This document shows positions 24,801-39,800 of a stretch of 64,000 bases of DNA, piece after piece (positions within the stretch are counted from its first letter, which is position 1; each line of letters begins with the position of its first letter). The position numbers and the translations under genes were made by a program. This DNA is from Antedon mediterranea (Eukaryota; Animalia; Echinodermata). The notes beneath the pieces are model-generated. The model saw only the letters and a list, made by a program, of their open reading frames with translations. It was not told the DNA's origin and ran no database searches. The DNA is taken from the NCBI RefSeq assembly GCF_964355755.1, contig NC_092670.1, positions 30,368,388 through 30,432,387 of the forward strand. The letters are read 5' to 3'.

Positions 24801-27800
24801 AAGTGAACTGAAGTAATCCACGACCACGTGGGTTTTCGTTTACTTAAAAATTGTGCCTACCCTATTTTTAAAATTTTTTTTTTATTACAAGTCTTTGGGA
24901 GTGGATTTGTAATTTTGTCCTTAAAAAAAAATCCTGACATGTGACGGGACTTGAACCCAGGACCCTTGGAGTGTTAGCCAATCATCATAACCACCAAGCC
25001 ACAACTCCATTTCACTCCATTTGACCCACTTTCAGTAATGCTGACCGTTTTCTCGGTTCCTGATATTATATCATCTTGTACTTAGAAGTGAAATTGGAGT
25101 ATAAAGCAATATCAATATATTGTTATTGGCTTAAGGACAACATAAATACCTATCATCTTCACTAAATTGCTTAATAAATAATTAGTAATAGTGATTTTAG
25201 TGCACAGCAGTTTCCCTCCCAATGATGCTTAGATTTTGCATTTATACCTCCATGGTTTTTGCTAACATCAAAAAAGTAAAGAATTCTTTTGACTTGGTGG
25301 ACTATTAAAAAAATAGTTTCTAAGGTCTATAGTTGCTTAAAATAAATTATATAACACCTAAATAAATTCCTTTGATTAGACGATTGTGGGTCACGTGCGT
25401 GCAATAGTACGCACTATTAAACGATCGTTTAATAGTACTTTTTTTCGTGTATGAGAAAAAAAAATCTGTTCCTGTTTGGAAAATATTGCTTTTGAAATAC
25501 AACAGCGCCACCTATTTTGTACGTTCGTCGCAAACGGTATTGTTATGACTGATTTCGCGATGGAAGTACATTATTGGAGAGATATACAGTATAATGTACT
25601 AATTTAGATCAAAAGGCATTTAAATTTAGATCATTTTTATATAATAATTAGCCTAGATAAGTTCCAGTTGCCTGTCGAAGTTTCGTATTGCTGTCTTTCA
25701 GTCTAGGCCTAGCTAGGCCTAGACTATAAGGTATCGGATCATCTCAGTCGCGTTTCATTTTGGTCGCGCTTCCGGTAAATCGAACTTCCAGCGATTTCTA
25801 TGGAACGCCGCTCAATGCAGTACTGTACACTGTAAGCTCCAATTAAAGATCGAAGTGTAGGCTTTATTAAGGTTTTTAGTTGTTTATTTAAAAATGTTTT
25901 TATATAATAATCATTATATTTAAATAAATATTGTAAATACAATATTTTATTAGTTTAACGTTTTTAAAAATGTTTTTATAAGCATTATATTTTAATATAT
26001 TTTGTAAATATTCTATTTGTTTCTGACGGGAAAAATAGCAAACAAACTCACTTTTACACTTTTGTCAATTCATTCAATCTTTCTATTTTTAAAACAAAAA
26101 CATATACACAAATATTTACATATGTTTACATTTATTCAATTCTTTAAGCAAAACATAGATACGTTAATGTAATGCAAAACAAACTCGTTTCACACTGTTG
26201 TCAATGATCATTCAATCTTCTTATTTTTAAAACAAAAACGTATACATATACAAATATTTACATTTATCATTAAAATTGAAACCTTTTTATTTACATCTGC
26301 AAACGTTATTTAATTTATCTGTATATAATCTTTTATTTATTAGCAATATTTACATCTATCTCATCTAATTACAACATCTCGCGAACATCATTTGATATAA
26401 TGCGCGATCTCGCTGATCGTTGGCCTGCGCGATACTCGTCCCAGAGGCGTAAGAGGGTTCTAGTTGCACGTCGGTAAGCTTGGCGCTGAAGCCGGTCAAC
26501 ATCTTTGCGATGAACTAATTCCATTGTGATGTGAACATTCTGATTCTCTTCATTCAGCAGCCCGATTAAGAGGTAGAGTTGAAGTTTTGCTGCAATAAAA
26601 AAAATAACGATATACTATAATTATCATGAGCAAGTTAACAACATAATACATAATATTATAATTGAAAAGTAATTTTCTTACCATGTCGTCCTTTTCGATT
26701 CAGTCTGTTGGGATATCCCTCAAGGTCGTTGTTGGTCCTCGTTGCTTGCCCAAAAACAGACCAATCTTGAGGGGTTAACGTGTTGCTATCGACCCATGTC
26801 CGCTACAAATACAGTAATAGCTGGCGGATAACTACGTTGTCCCCAACGTTCCAATGTGGGAGCAATGTGCTCGGCCGGCAATAGCGGCAATCCCATTACC
26901 TGTCTCAGTAACTGTAAAGAGATAAACAAAAAATAGCATATGTATAACACGAAACACGACATGAACGTTTTCAGATTAAAATAAAGGGGGTTAGGGGTAT
27001 CTTTTACATTTACGCCGTACTGGACGCACAAATAAAGGAATCTTTTGGTAATTCCATCTGGCAACGTGGTATAACCTGAAATTATATTGCGTACCTCATG
27101 TGTGCCGTTGTCGTTAGCATAAGCCCGTTGTAGACCTAGTTCTTGGATTTTTCTGAAAACCGCCTGTAAAACAAAAAAATAAATTAAAACATTCGAATAT
27201 TCTTTCAAGAATAGACCATCACATTCAATGACACTAGCCTTACACATCACAAGCTTATTTCGAACACAACACCGCCAATTAATGTTAGCACGCCTCTTGT
27301 CGACTTTTTGAGTGTACTGGTAACCATCGCTGTCCACCAAAATATCCTGAAAACCAAAACGATACTAGTAAATTATGTGTATATTGAATGCATAGGGTAT
27401 ACCATGATAAAAAAGACCCTAACCCTGACCAACAAATAATTTTAATTTGCTTATATAATGCATTGCAGTGCTTCTTGATTAAACACAACATTCTCATCAC
27501 ATACTTTACAGGTTTCCATGATCGAAGATTGAAGAACACTGCATAGTTTTTGGGCCTTTTATAGGAGCCCCACTGTTACAATTGTATAGACTATTTCGGG
27601 TACATCCTTAATTCATCGGCAAAACCAAATTGCGACTACAAATGTAGGACTTTGTAAGATGTAAGACATTTTTGCCGCCAGCTTTACGTTGTCTGTGGAC
27701 AATCTGCGTTTCATCATGTTTTTAAAAAAATCATTTTTTAAAGAAAAAATATACAGGAAAAGTAGTATTAACGATGGTTATGTTAGTGGTGTAGTTCTTC

Positions 27801-30800
27801 TTGAGAGCTAATAATTATACACTTTTTTTTGTATAATTTAAATGAAATGAAACGCGACCGAGTGCCTGTTAGTATTAGGCTAGGCCTAGGCGTTTTAGCC
27901 TTGCTAGGCTAGCATTGTTTGGTCGTGTTGACATAATTAACACTAACATTTACCAAATTTATTAAATTCACCAAACGTTACTGTTTTAATAAATGTGATG
28001 TGAATCAAATGTAGGCCTTGGCTAGGCCTACCTTTTATTTGATTCAAATGACAGAAATCTATTTAGATGTTATATAAAACAAATAATAAATGTTTTATAT
28101 TCGTGTAATGGTACAAATATATAACCTTTCGTCATTCACCTCATGGCATTATTTGGACCATTACACTCATAAACATTTATTATTTGTATACTATATTAAC
28201 ATGTACTTATACACATAATTGATAAGGAATAAGGATGCACATAATAAAACCTTTTTTACTAAACTGTACAAATATATCACAACAATACATTATAATTAGA
28301 TTTGAACTCGTCACTATGGACGAGTTAGGTTATCCGCACGACAAATGCCACGTGCATGTCATACGTTAGAATATTACGCACAGAAAAACGATTATGCCAT
28401 TGTGACCTGAAGAAATGAAGATGTTGTTAGTGTGCTCTCTGTTTTTTGTGTCTAAGTATATACGCAGTATACACTATATACTGTATACATACTATATACA
28501 GTGCAGCATAGGTGAAAATAATGGCACCCGCCTTTTTATCCAATTTTTAACATGATGACGTCATCATAATGAAACGCATAGATAGGAATTTTGGAAGGGA
28601 ATTATCTGAGTAACAACATATTAACGTGTTGAACAAATTAGGATACGTAGAATAAGGATGCGCGCACTTTTAAATGTCATGAACTTTGATGCAAAATATG
28701 GAAATACGACTTTTATAATTCAACGTGTCATATGATGACGTCACAACAGCCGATGCGCAAAATTTGTACATGAATTCGTACCTACAATTCAACAGCTTCC
28801 AGAAAACGTTTTAATCATGAGTATCACTTTTCATTCTGAGGAGCTATAACATATTTAAATTTTAATAATGGAATGATGAAAATAAATGACCCAAGTTATT
28901 CATGCTTTTGAACATGATGACGTCATAACAATTAAAAAAATGTTAAATCATGCGAAAGATAATTGATTGACCTAGACAATATTAAAAAATGGGAGGAAAT
29001 GGAATACGGATAAGTGAAGATGCGCTCTATTAAATATGATGAGCTATGACGAAAGAGAAAAAAGTCCTATATTTTATATTCGAGTGGCCACACGATGACG
29101 TCACAATGTCCAGTTAGCCATATTGATTAATGATCCAAAATCTACAACTCATCAACTTCCAGAATATGTAATTTAAAAAAAGTTCACCACGTACAGTAGT
29201 TTAGAATCTATGACTGGCATAATTTTGACGAATTTTTGAACTTTTTCATCAAAAACGCGCGCAAATTGTCCAATTCGTACTCGTATGACGTGATTTGAAG
29301 TCGAAATTGTTTGAAAGTTGGTAAAATTACTAGAAAAGGCTTGAAAAACATAAATCACGCGAAAAAAGCTGTTTTTAGCACTATGTGCGCACCACGCGCG
29401 TAAAAATTTGCGTGCACGTGGGAATTTTTAATATGCCTAAAATTGCATGAAACGCGTAGAAAGTTGATTAGAAATTGATTTGTCGCATCTTTAACTTTCT
29501 GTGAAACATGCCATTTTTAATCTATAGAAAGTTTGCCCTTGCTATGACTTAAATTTTCACCAAGTGTCAATACAAAATGATATTCGGTTGAAATCATTTT
29601 TCCTAGTATAATTTTTCTTTGTATAAATCGATCACTTGATCTTGAAAATGGTTCCATGATGGTTCCGAAACGTCGATCTTGTTTTGTTTTTTTGTCATTA
29701 AATTTTATTGTAAAGTTATATAGTCAGCATCTATTAATTCATAAACAGGTATGAAATAAAAAAGGAATAATACTTTAATTAGTATAATATATTTCTTCAA
29801 AGAACCAAACTTTAAATATTGAAATTACTTTAATTTCCATGTTGCATATATTAAAAAGAATAATTCTAGAGGAATTAGTCAAATTAAGAGACAATCTGAG
29901 CAGTAAACCTTAATTGTACAAAATGGTCGCTGGATCAACTAGTACTTGTAGCAGTGATTTCCCTGCTGGATATCAATAGTGCTATTGGTGAAAATGGATT
30001 TTACTGGAAGTATACCATTTTAATTGATGCATCACTATGCAATCTGGCAATACTACCATGATCAATACTACAATCAGATGATGTTGATAAATATCCTGAC
30101 AATTATAAAGTGAGTTGTTCACTGTTTATATCATTTAATAGACAACAAAATGAAAGGTTGTACGTGTGTCAATATAAGAATAAGAAATACCACATGGTTC
30201 CTTCAAATGTCAATGTTAATACGGATGGACACAATGTTGCTGTCTGCAAATTTTTTATCTATCTATGATCTATTAATATTTTATCGAAATACATATAATT
30301 GCATTAGACTTGCCCCAAGTCTGTATTATCTTTTTTTTTATTTATTTGTTTTTATTTCGACCGCGATTTTTGTCTGAAAATACAGACTTGTGAAACACGT
30401 ATAGAAATCGATTTGCAGACCGCTAACATCCGATAAGAATGACGTATGTTATCATACCGTATTTGGCTATATGGGGCGGGCGGTATGTAAATATGGATTT
30501 CGAATCAACCAATGATCATTTTGTTTCAAAATGAAAAAGATCGAGTACGTACAGTGCTGAATGTACGATCGAGACTGTTGAAATATAAAATCGTAATGCC
30601 AAGTTGTTTTGTTTATTAATTGTTTAGTCCTTGGCCTAGGCCTCCTTTGTAGGTCCTACAACTCGCACGTATGACCTGCCAAATAAAACGCCAATAAAGT
30701 AGGCCTACATACCACCACCGGCACACAACAGGGCAACAGGGCTACACCACCACACAGAACAGGCAGGACAGGGTCTGGGTTGGAATTAAATCAAAATTAT

Positions 30801-33800
30801 CTCCGCGTAATAAATGATCCATTCAATGTTTGATTTGCGGAGAAGCTGGCCTACCATATCAAGACAAGTTTTCATGTTCTTGGGAAAAATACCATCAAAT
30901 GTTTACCAGACTATTATAGTACTAGTACTAGGCATATAAAATAATTTCTAGCCTTCAGAAACGTTCATCAATGTACCCAAGTACACATTGTCTAAACGTA
31001 ACATAGCGCATGCGCATCATCTTAGTTGTTGAGTCTTTGAAATTCTGAAATATGAATATTAAAACAGTGTACGAGTGAGTAGCCAATCGCATTCAGCTGA
31101 AACTAGTCAACCGGATAATCGTATGCACCAAGAATTCTTGGTGTCAAACCACGTGACTTGTGCGTGTTTCCCCAGACGGAGTATCCAAAATCAAGTAGTG
31201 TACGTATGAAACGCCATATGTGCCAAAATATTTATCTTTTTACTAATATTTAGACAAAACTCCGTCTGGAACCCAGACTAATAATTGCATAAACAGCAAG
31301 TAAATTACAATAACAACTATAATGGGAGCCTGATAAAATTTGCTTAAAATGTCATGTAAATGTGTTTGGTATCAATATTTAGAGATTTTTTAAGCAGGAA
31401 GCAAACATTTGATTGCGCAACAATTATAACACAAACAATAGCACTGCGCATGCCAAAAGTATATGTGTTTGTTTGTGTATTTTTTAGGATCTCACCTCCT
31501 CTGTGATAGAGGGCTGACTATAGGCGGCGGCTGACGTTGGTAACAAAGTCCGCGCAGCGCGCTGTCGGCACAAGGTTTCGGCTTTGAAAATACCATGGCG
31601 ACATCCTGTTAACGCGCTACAATACATTCGAGCTCTCTCCTTCTATTTTATACCTCCATGGTTTAAAGATATTTTGTTTGAGGAATCCATGTTTGTTGAG
31701 ATTAGAGTCAAAGATCGCACCTTTTTAATTGGATGTGTGTATAGAAGTGACGCCGGATCTAGTGTCAATAATTCTGCTTTGTGTTCTCTGTTTAGAAAAG
31801 TGGCATCCTTTTCTTGTTCTGATTTCATTATAGTTGGAGATTTCAATTATAGGAGTATTAATTGGGAGCTAGGATATGTGACTGGTGAAGATGGTAAAAA
31901 TACTCATAATTTTTTCGACACCATTAATGACTTATTTTTAGCTCAGCATGTACGAGACCCAACCCGTTATAGAATAGGAGAACAGCCTAATGTTCTGGAC
32001 CTGGTACTTACATCTGATGAGGATTCTATTAGTGAGGCCCTTCAAGCTCCACCATTAGGCAAGAGTGATCATATGGTACTTCGATTTAAAATTCCAGTTA
32101 ATTTAATCAAAGATGAGGTGGTAGAGGTCAGAAATTATTTCCATGCTGATTATGATAAGTTTCGTAGTTTTCTTGATAGTGTCGATTGGGACACTGAGTT
32201 ATTGGATAAGGACGGATTACACTCGCACGGTTCTTTTGATGATATTTTATCTAGAGGTATGGAACAGTTTGTTCCAAAGTGTAAGAAACACTTGTCTGGA
32301 AATTTTAAGAGACCTTTGTGGTTTACTGAGGAGGTTGATAAGTCTATTAAACAGAAGAATAAATGCTGGAAACGGTATATCAAAGCAAAACGTAAAGGGC
32401 ATGACTGTGCTAGTGTCAAATGGAACACGTTTATTAGAGTAAGGAATGATAACGGTCAATTTGATTAAGAGTTCTACAAACATCTTCGAAAATAAGATTG
32501 CAAATGAGGTTAAAATCAATGAAAAGTCTTTTTGGCGCTATGTAAATTCTCAGTTAAATACCAGATCTGGTATTCCTACTCATAGAAATTTTGAAGGTAA
32601 ACTTGTTGTAGATGACCAAGATAAAGCCGAGTCTTTTAATTCTTTTTTTAGCAGTGTCTTTTGTAAGGAGAACTTATCGAATGTTCCGAATCTTGATAAT
32701 AAGATTGAGGCTTCCTTGTCAGATATTGAGTTTAATGTAGAAGATATTCATAAGCTGTTGTCTAACTTAGTTATAGATAAGTCAGCTGGCCCTGATGGCT
32801 TTCACCCACGGGTTTTGATTGAATTAAAGGATCAAATTGCTTGCCCTCTCAGTCTAATATTCACTAGATTATTCAAGGATCAGAAGGTCAATCTATCGTG
32901 GAAGGAGGAAATTGTAATACCTATCTTTAAAAAAGGCAAAAAGGAGGACCCGGCTAACTACAGACCGGTTGGTTAACGTCGGTCATAGGGAAAATTATGG
33001 AAAGGATTATTAGGGATAAACTTGTAATGTATCTTGAGAGTAATGGTCTTTTGTGCAATGAACAGTTTGGATTCAGACAAGGTAGATCATGTGCATTACA
33101 ACTACTTGATGTCCTTGAGAGTTGGACTACTAACCTGGATAACCTTGATAGCTTTGATTGTGTCTATTTAGACTATAAAAAGGCTTTTGATAGTGTGCCA
33201 CACCAAAGGCTTCTAGTCAAATTGAAAGGTTTTGGTATTACGGGAAATCTACTAGGTTGCTTCTCTAATTATTTGTCAAATAGAACACAACGAGTTAGTG
33301 TCAATGGTCAATTATCATCTCAGGCTCCAGTATTAAGTGGAATTCCACAGGGTAGCGTTGTGGGCCCAATCTTATTTTCAATCTTCATTAACGATTTACC
33401 TGATGTTGTCGAGTCTAGTATTAATTTATTTGAAGACGACACTAAGTTGTATAGAGTGGTCAATAACATTGAGGATGCGGATTTATTTCAGAGAGACATT
33501 GACAGTGCTTCCCATTGGTCTAATGTTTGGCAATTGCCATTTAAGGACACAAGTGTAAGGTATTTCATTATGGTCGTGATAATCCCAATTTCGTGTATTC
33601 AATGGCTGGTAATTTACTTCATGAGGTAAAGCAGGAGAAAGATCTAGGTGTTATACTGTACCTTTGATCCTAGTTTAATCTTTAATTTGCATGTATCGGA
33701 TATTTGTAAAAGAGCTAATAATATTGATTTTATTCGATATTCATACATAAAAGTTAAAATATACAATGTATAAAAGAGAATACCTGGATAACCCATTAAG

Positions 33801-36800
33801 TCGACAAAAAAGTAAACTTATTTCCAATGGGGTCCAATCCGTAATGACTGAAAAGTGAGTGGTTCGGCCTAGTACAATTATCATTAAGTATGACTCAGTA
33901 AAAATGAAAAAACAAGAAAATACATACAAGACAAGATAACATCAAAAAAACAATATTAAAAATAACTTAATTAAACTGAAATTCCAAGCTGTTCATTATT
34001 AAAATATTCTTTAAGTTTTATTTTGAAGGTTGCATTATTTTGTATTGATTTGAGTGAATTTGGGAGCCTGTTCCAGTCACGGATACCTAAGAAATAAAAA
34101 GTCGTATCATTAACGCCAGTAGCCTTAGGAGTGACAAAATTAAATGTTGTACCCCTGGTGAAATGGTTATGATGATCAGAAATTAACAAAAAGTTATCCT
34201 TAAGGAAAGAAGGCGTATTAAAGTTATAACGAATTTTGTGAACATAATTTAATCTTAAAAACTTATTTCTGAGGCTGACATTAAGAAACCCAATATCGGG
34301 AAAGCTCTTTGGCACCTCGGACCAACATTTAAAATGAAACGTGCCATCTTGTTTTGGGCAGTTTGTAATTTATGTTTAAGATTCTTATTGACACCGCCGT
34401 ACCATGCCGAGGCAGAATAGTCAAATGTACATTGTATTTAAGCAGTGCTTAACCCTTTCACTGCATATACCCGGTACTACCGGGTATAAACAAACGTCGT
34501 TGAAGTGCGTATACCCTGTAATATGGGCAAAACAATGATTTAATCGTATTTGCCTATAATATAATAGCACGTACCTCTATATTTGTTCGATGAACTTGAA
34601 TATTTTTGCAAGTCATTAAAAAATTTTTCCAGCAAAAAAACGGCCCTCTATAGCTGTATTATTGTCTTGAAAATCATGCGCCCTCTATAGTTATATTATA
34701 TATAGTATAGTGTATATAATAGTATTCTATCTTGGAAAGTTGTTTTGAGTAGCGTAATGGCGGCCATTTTGAAAGTAACCAAAATTTACCACGGGCAACA
34801 TTGTGTTTATCACAACACGCAAAAAAAAAAAATTCTGAAACAATAGTTAGTTTTGTACTATAGTGAATTTTTGGAAAATTGGAAAATGTCATTATTTTCA
34901 CGATTTTGCCCCAAAACTTTGATTTGTGCATAATTTTTATAAAACAATAAAAATAATTCAATTTTTTAAAATATTTTTATTTGTTATACGTATCTTTATC
35001 AATATCCAGTTGGAAAAACGTATTCCATAAGAATTTCTTATAGAAAATATAGTTTTTATTATTGATTCGATAAAAAACACGAAATCCAAAATACCTGTAA
35101 TGACGTCACATGACGTCATCAATATGCAAATTACATTTTTTTTTTATACCTAACTGTAGACTAACCCTTTGCCCATCACACACCAAAAAAATAATTACAC
35201 AATTATCTCAATTAGTATTTTTTTGCAATTTATTAAAATACCATATGTTTTTCTTAAATATACATTACGCACAGAGGTGGGAATAATGCTCCGCAGTGAA
35301 AGGGTTAATAGTTTACGACATTTTTTATTCAAGCACGAACTTTGCCTATGTAAAAACTTCAACCTTGACTTAACTTTACTGATGATAACACTAGTTGCAA
35401 TAATATCACATGATACATATTGGTCTAAATCAATACCCAAATATTTAACTTGCTTAATACTTTTGATTCTACGGCCCATTAATTCTACAGAAAACTCTTT
35501 AACTTTGTTAAGCTTCGCTCTGCTACCAAAGATAATACTTTCGGTTTTGCCAACATGTAAAGATAATTTGTTTTCAGTTAACCAGTCCTGGCACTTAGCT
35601 AGGACAGTACTTAATTTATGAGTGATTTTGGTGGCATCGTGATGAGAATACAGAATCGTAGAATCATCAGCATAAAGCAATAATTGAACATCAGAATCAA
35701 TACAAGAAGCAATATCATTTAAATAACATAGAAAAAGAATAGGGCCCAAGATGCTACCTTGCGGTACACCATGAGTAACTATAAGAGGTTCAGAGCAGGT
35801 ACCATTCACACTGACAACTTGTTTGCGATTAGCGAGATAAGATTGAAACCAGTCAGTACACTTAAAACCCATGCATTTTAGCTTGTTAATTAAAATCACA
35901 TGATCGACGGTATCGAAAGCTTTTTGTAAGTCATATAGAACCATTCCAGTAAGAAGGCCTTTGGACTTATTGTTTTTTAAACCGTCGATGAGATTTATGA
36001 GGTTGCTTTCAGTTGAATGGGCCTGCCGAAAACCGGATTGATAGGCATAAAGTATATTATTTTTGGAAAGATACCTTTCAACTTGTATAGCTACAGATTT
36101 TTCAAGAATCTTAGATACCGTAGGCAGAATACTAATCGGCCGATAATTCTCAACACTTGTTCTAGTATTTTTCTTAAATAGAGGGGTAACTTTAGCAGTT
36201 TTAAGATCATAAGGAAAACAATTAGTTTTAAACGAAAGGTTAATGATATGAGCAATCGGTTCAGCCAAGATTATCGCACTCTCACGTAAAAATCTTGAGA
36301 GAATATTATCTAGACCGACGCTTTTGTTTACATTTAGGCTTTCGAGTTGAGTTTTAACAAATTCTATGGTAACAGGCTCTAGCTTAAACATTTTTCCTTT
36401 TAATTTAACGTAGTATTTATGAAGATCGTTAGTGGACATGGTGAAAAAACCTATGCATTTTGAGAGTTTTTTGACGAGTGTTGACGCAACATTCGTGAAA
36501 AACTCATTAAAACGAGAGGCAACGCCTTTTGGACAGAAAGTTTGTTTACCATTTTCATCGAGAACGATTTTAGTGTTTGTTTTACATTTCTTCTCGTATC
36601 CGAGCTCTTTGAGGGTTTTCCATAATTTTTTAGGGTTGTCTTTATTTTCATCAATCTTATTGAGAAAATAATTAGATTTAGCTTTTTTGATCAGCCGCTG
36701 AGCTTTGTTCCTAGAGGCACAATAATATTTGTATATATCTAGATTAGATTTATCTTTCTTGAATTTTTTTAAAAGTGTGTCTCTTACTTTGATTTCATTA

Positions 36801-39800
36801 GCAATTTCGGAGGTAAAGCAGGGTGCTATGTTTTGTTTAAGTCTAACTTTTTTTATTGGCGCTATTGAGTCGATCACCTTAATGATGATATCTTTAAGAG
36901 TTAACCACGCGATATTTACATCGTCATTATTAGTGACAACAGACCAATCGATATCGTTAAGTTTTTCAAGATAGTTATTTACATTATAGTTTTTTAAAGA
37001 TCGTAATTTAGCGGAGTTGTGTTCATTTTTATGAACATGAGACTTAGGTATTTTTCTAGTGCAATAAATAAGAAAATGGTCACTAAGGCCAATATTAATT
37101 ACTCCAGATTGCTTCACATTATTTTGTACATTAATAACAATGTGGTCCAAACATGAGCTTTTTTCTTTTCCTATTCTAGTTATATCCTTAATAACATTAT
37201 TAAAACCATTTCTTATTATAAGAAAATCATAATATCTTTGCGATGCTGGATTGATATTTAAAGTGCATATGTTAAAGTCACCAAGAACATAAATTTCACT
37301 ACTCTCTTTGATTTTTGATACAGATTCTTCAAAGTTGTTCAGAAATAAAGATACATTCTGTTTTGGTGGGCGGTAGCATGTACCAATCACAATTTCCTTT
37401 GAACGAGGCAGATATATATTTATCCAATTTGCTTCAAAACCGTCGATATCCAGATCATTTCTACGTGTGAAGGCGCGATCATTTTTTACGTAGATACAAA
37501 CTCCACCACCAGACCGGTTTCTGTCCTTCCTGAGCGCTGTATATCCATCAATTTTGATCTCGTTATCGGTGATGGATTCGTCCAGCCACGACTCGCTGAT
37601 GGATATAACAGTAGCTTTGGTCTTTGATGCGATGTGCCTTAGTTCAGACATTTTATTAACTACCGGTAATGACCGCGCATTGAGGTGAACAAAATGTAGG
37701 CCTTTGTTAAACACGTTGAATTCCTCGCTTAAATGCTCGTAAATGTCTTCTGTATATGTATGTCCATCTTGTCTGGTTTCATTCACATTATTTGCGTCGG
37801 CAATAAGTTCGTCCTGAATATTAATGTCACTGATGCATTCATCATTCGGAAGCTGATTGAAGAGGCATTCTTGACATAACCAATTTTCTTTCGAGTTCCG
37901 TTGCTTATCATACAATTTTAGTTATTCTTCCGCACTTGATATGGTAGTTACAATTGGACTCAGTGCATTTCATTGCCCTGTGCGTTTTCGCAATCGGTTT
38001 TTTACAAATTGAACATGGGTTTCTGATTGGTCCTGGGTTCGGAGAAACGTCTCCAGCGATAATAATAAGTACCATCAGGAAACTTGGGTTTTTTAAGGTC
38101 AAGCGGCAAACTGGATACGGTTTAGAAGATCCGTACATTGTCCATAAGGGAGACATTATATTCAGGTTATCCGTATGTATCTTCGGTTGAATTGCCCAGC
38201 TATCATATATGCTGGGGTTTAACGTAGAAAAAATGTCTCGAGTTTAACGTTGGGCGGCATGTAAAGTTAATTCTCACTAGAAGGCATAAAAAAATAAAAA
38301 TATTTGTAGTAATCGCTGCCATTATTAAGATTGATTTAATTACCTTATCAGTGGTTGAATGTCATCCAGGAACTATAGCAATGTCAATCAAACAGGTAAA
38401 CAAGTGTTGGTCAGCTGATTAAAACTTCCCGCCAAACGCAACGAAGCAAATCAAATGAAAACTTGGTAAAAACGGAATAAAAATACACCAAAATACACCG
38501 GAAAAACTGTACATATCTATATAAAACTTCTTTAGAAAGTGTTTATGATGTCGTTGATACTCAGATCGAGGTGATCAATATTGCACTTAGGCTCAAAAAC
38601 AGCAAAAAGTTGAGCGGCTTAGGATGTAATCACCGCCCAGACTGGGCACCGCCTTTGATTGTTACCTGTGTCCGTCTCGTTGAGTATGGGCTTACGAGGA
38701 TTAAAACTGGATAAAAACGATTAAAAAATTCAGATAAAATAGTTAAAATACAGGCTGAGCGTAGATCCAGATCTTACTGTTCCATATGTTGTTCAATTAT
38801 TCTGGATTGGTGTCGATTAAGTTGAAAAACACTGGCGAAAAACCAGTTCACGGGAGAGAGTAATCGAGACACGTCTTATCTGTACGCTGCCTGTTGATGA
38901 TTTATAGATCCTTTAAATTCTTGAATAAAAATGGATTTTTGAAGCTGTATAAGTCTATTGTCAGGCCAACACTTGAATATTGTAATACTGTTTATAATCC
39001 TATTAGAAAAAGAGATCAGGATGAAATAGAGAAGGTCCAGCAAAGAGCAACAAGATTGATTCCTAGGTACCGTAATATCCCTTATGGACAACGTTTGAGA
39101 ATTCTTGGTCTTCCTACCATGAGATATCGAAGGCAGAGAGCAGATATTATCCAAGTTTTTAGTATTGTAAAAAGTTTCGATTGTATTTCGATCAACACAT
39201 TTTTTGAATTTGATCTAGAATCTCGGACCCGTGGACACCCATATTATTTTGTTCAATGATTTCGACCGGTGCGGACGTGTGTGACTAACACTCCGTAATT
39301 GGCGCCAAGTATTTCTTAATTAGATTCTACGGCATACAGGTGTAACTGAAATGGCTGAAAAAAAGCAACCTGAAAGAAAATCACAACGCAATAAGGATAG
39401 CGACCAGTACACTAGTATTGATAAAGAAAAGGGAGAACAAATACTATGTAAATTAGAAAAGCTGAACAAACTAGACGAAATCGCAGACATGTTGCATACC
39501 GTAGTTGCTAGACTTGATGCGGTGGAAACCAAGCACAAAAAGCTAGAAGAAGAACTACGAGGTGCAACAAATCAACTTGAGGCTAGTGTAGATTACCTAT
39601 CATCGGAAACCTCAAAATTAAAAGAAGATATTAACGCAACCAAGACCGACACCATTGGCAGGCTGGAAAAACGCCTGGATGAGCTAGAAAACCGATCTAG
39701 AAGAAATAACATAGTTGTTTGGGGTGTACCCGAAAGCACGGAAACATCATCGGACTGCAGTGAGGTAATTACTGACATCATTAAACAATATTTTAATATT

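Larger units (their letters stand above)
33721..38891 (-). mobile_element. LINE B (L2/Crack-group), apparently full length and single-ORF, inserted in LINE A
   Basis: 2A-like GDVSPNPGP plus PHD finger (37908-38156, frameshifted into 35195-37915); APE (ISESW, GDFN, SDH); RT (DLQKAFD, GVPQGS, YADD); C-terminus 33971-34448; AATAAA tail near 33730. Confidence 0.88.

Noticed and set aside
24943-25003. Genuine tRNA gene (also 6879-6938)
   Set aside because: A and B boxes are present but I could not form a full acceptor stem; better explained as a tRNA-derived repeat
35195-37915. 906-aa ORF as an intact active LINE protein
   Set aside because: Frameshifted at the N-terminus and cut by a MITE
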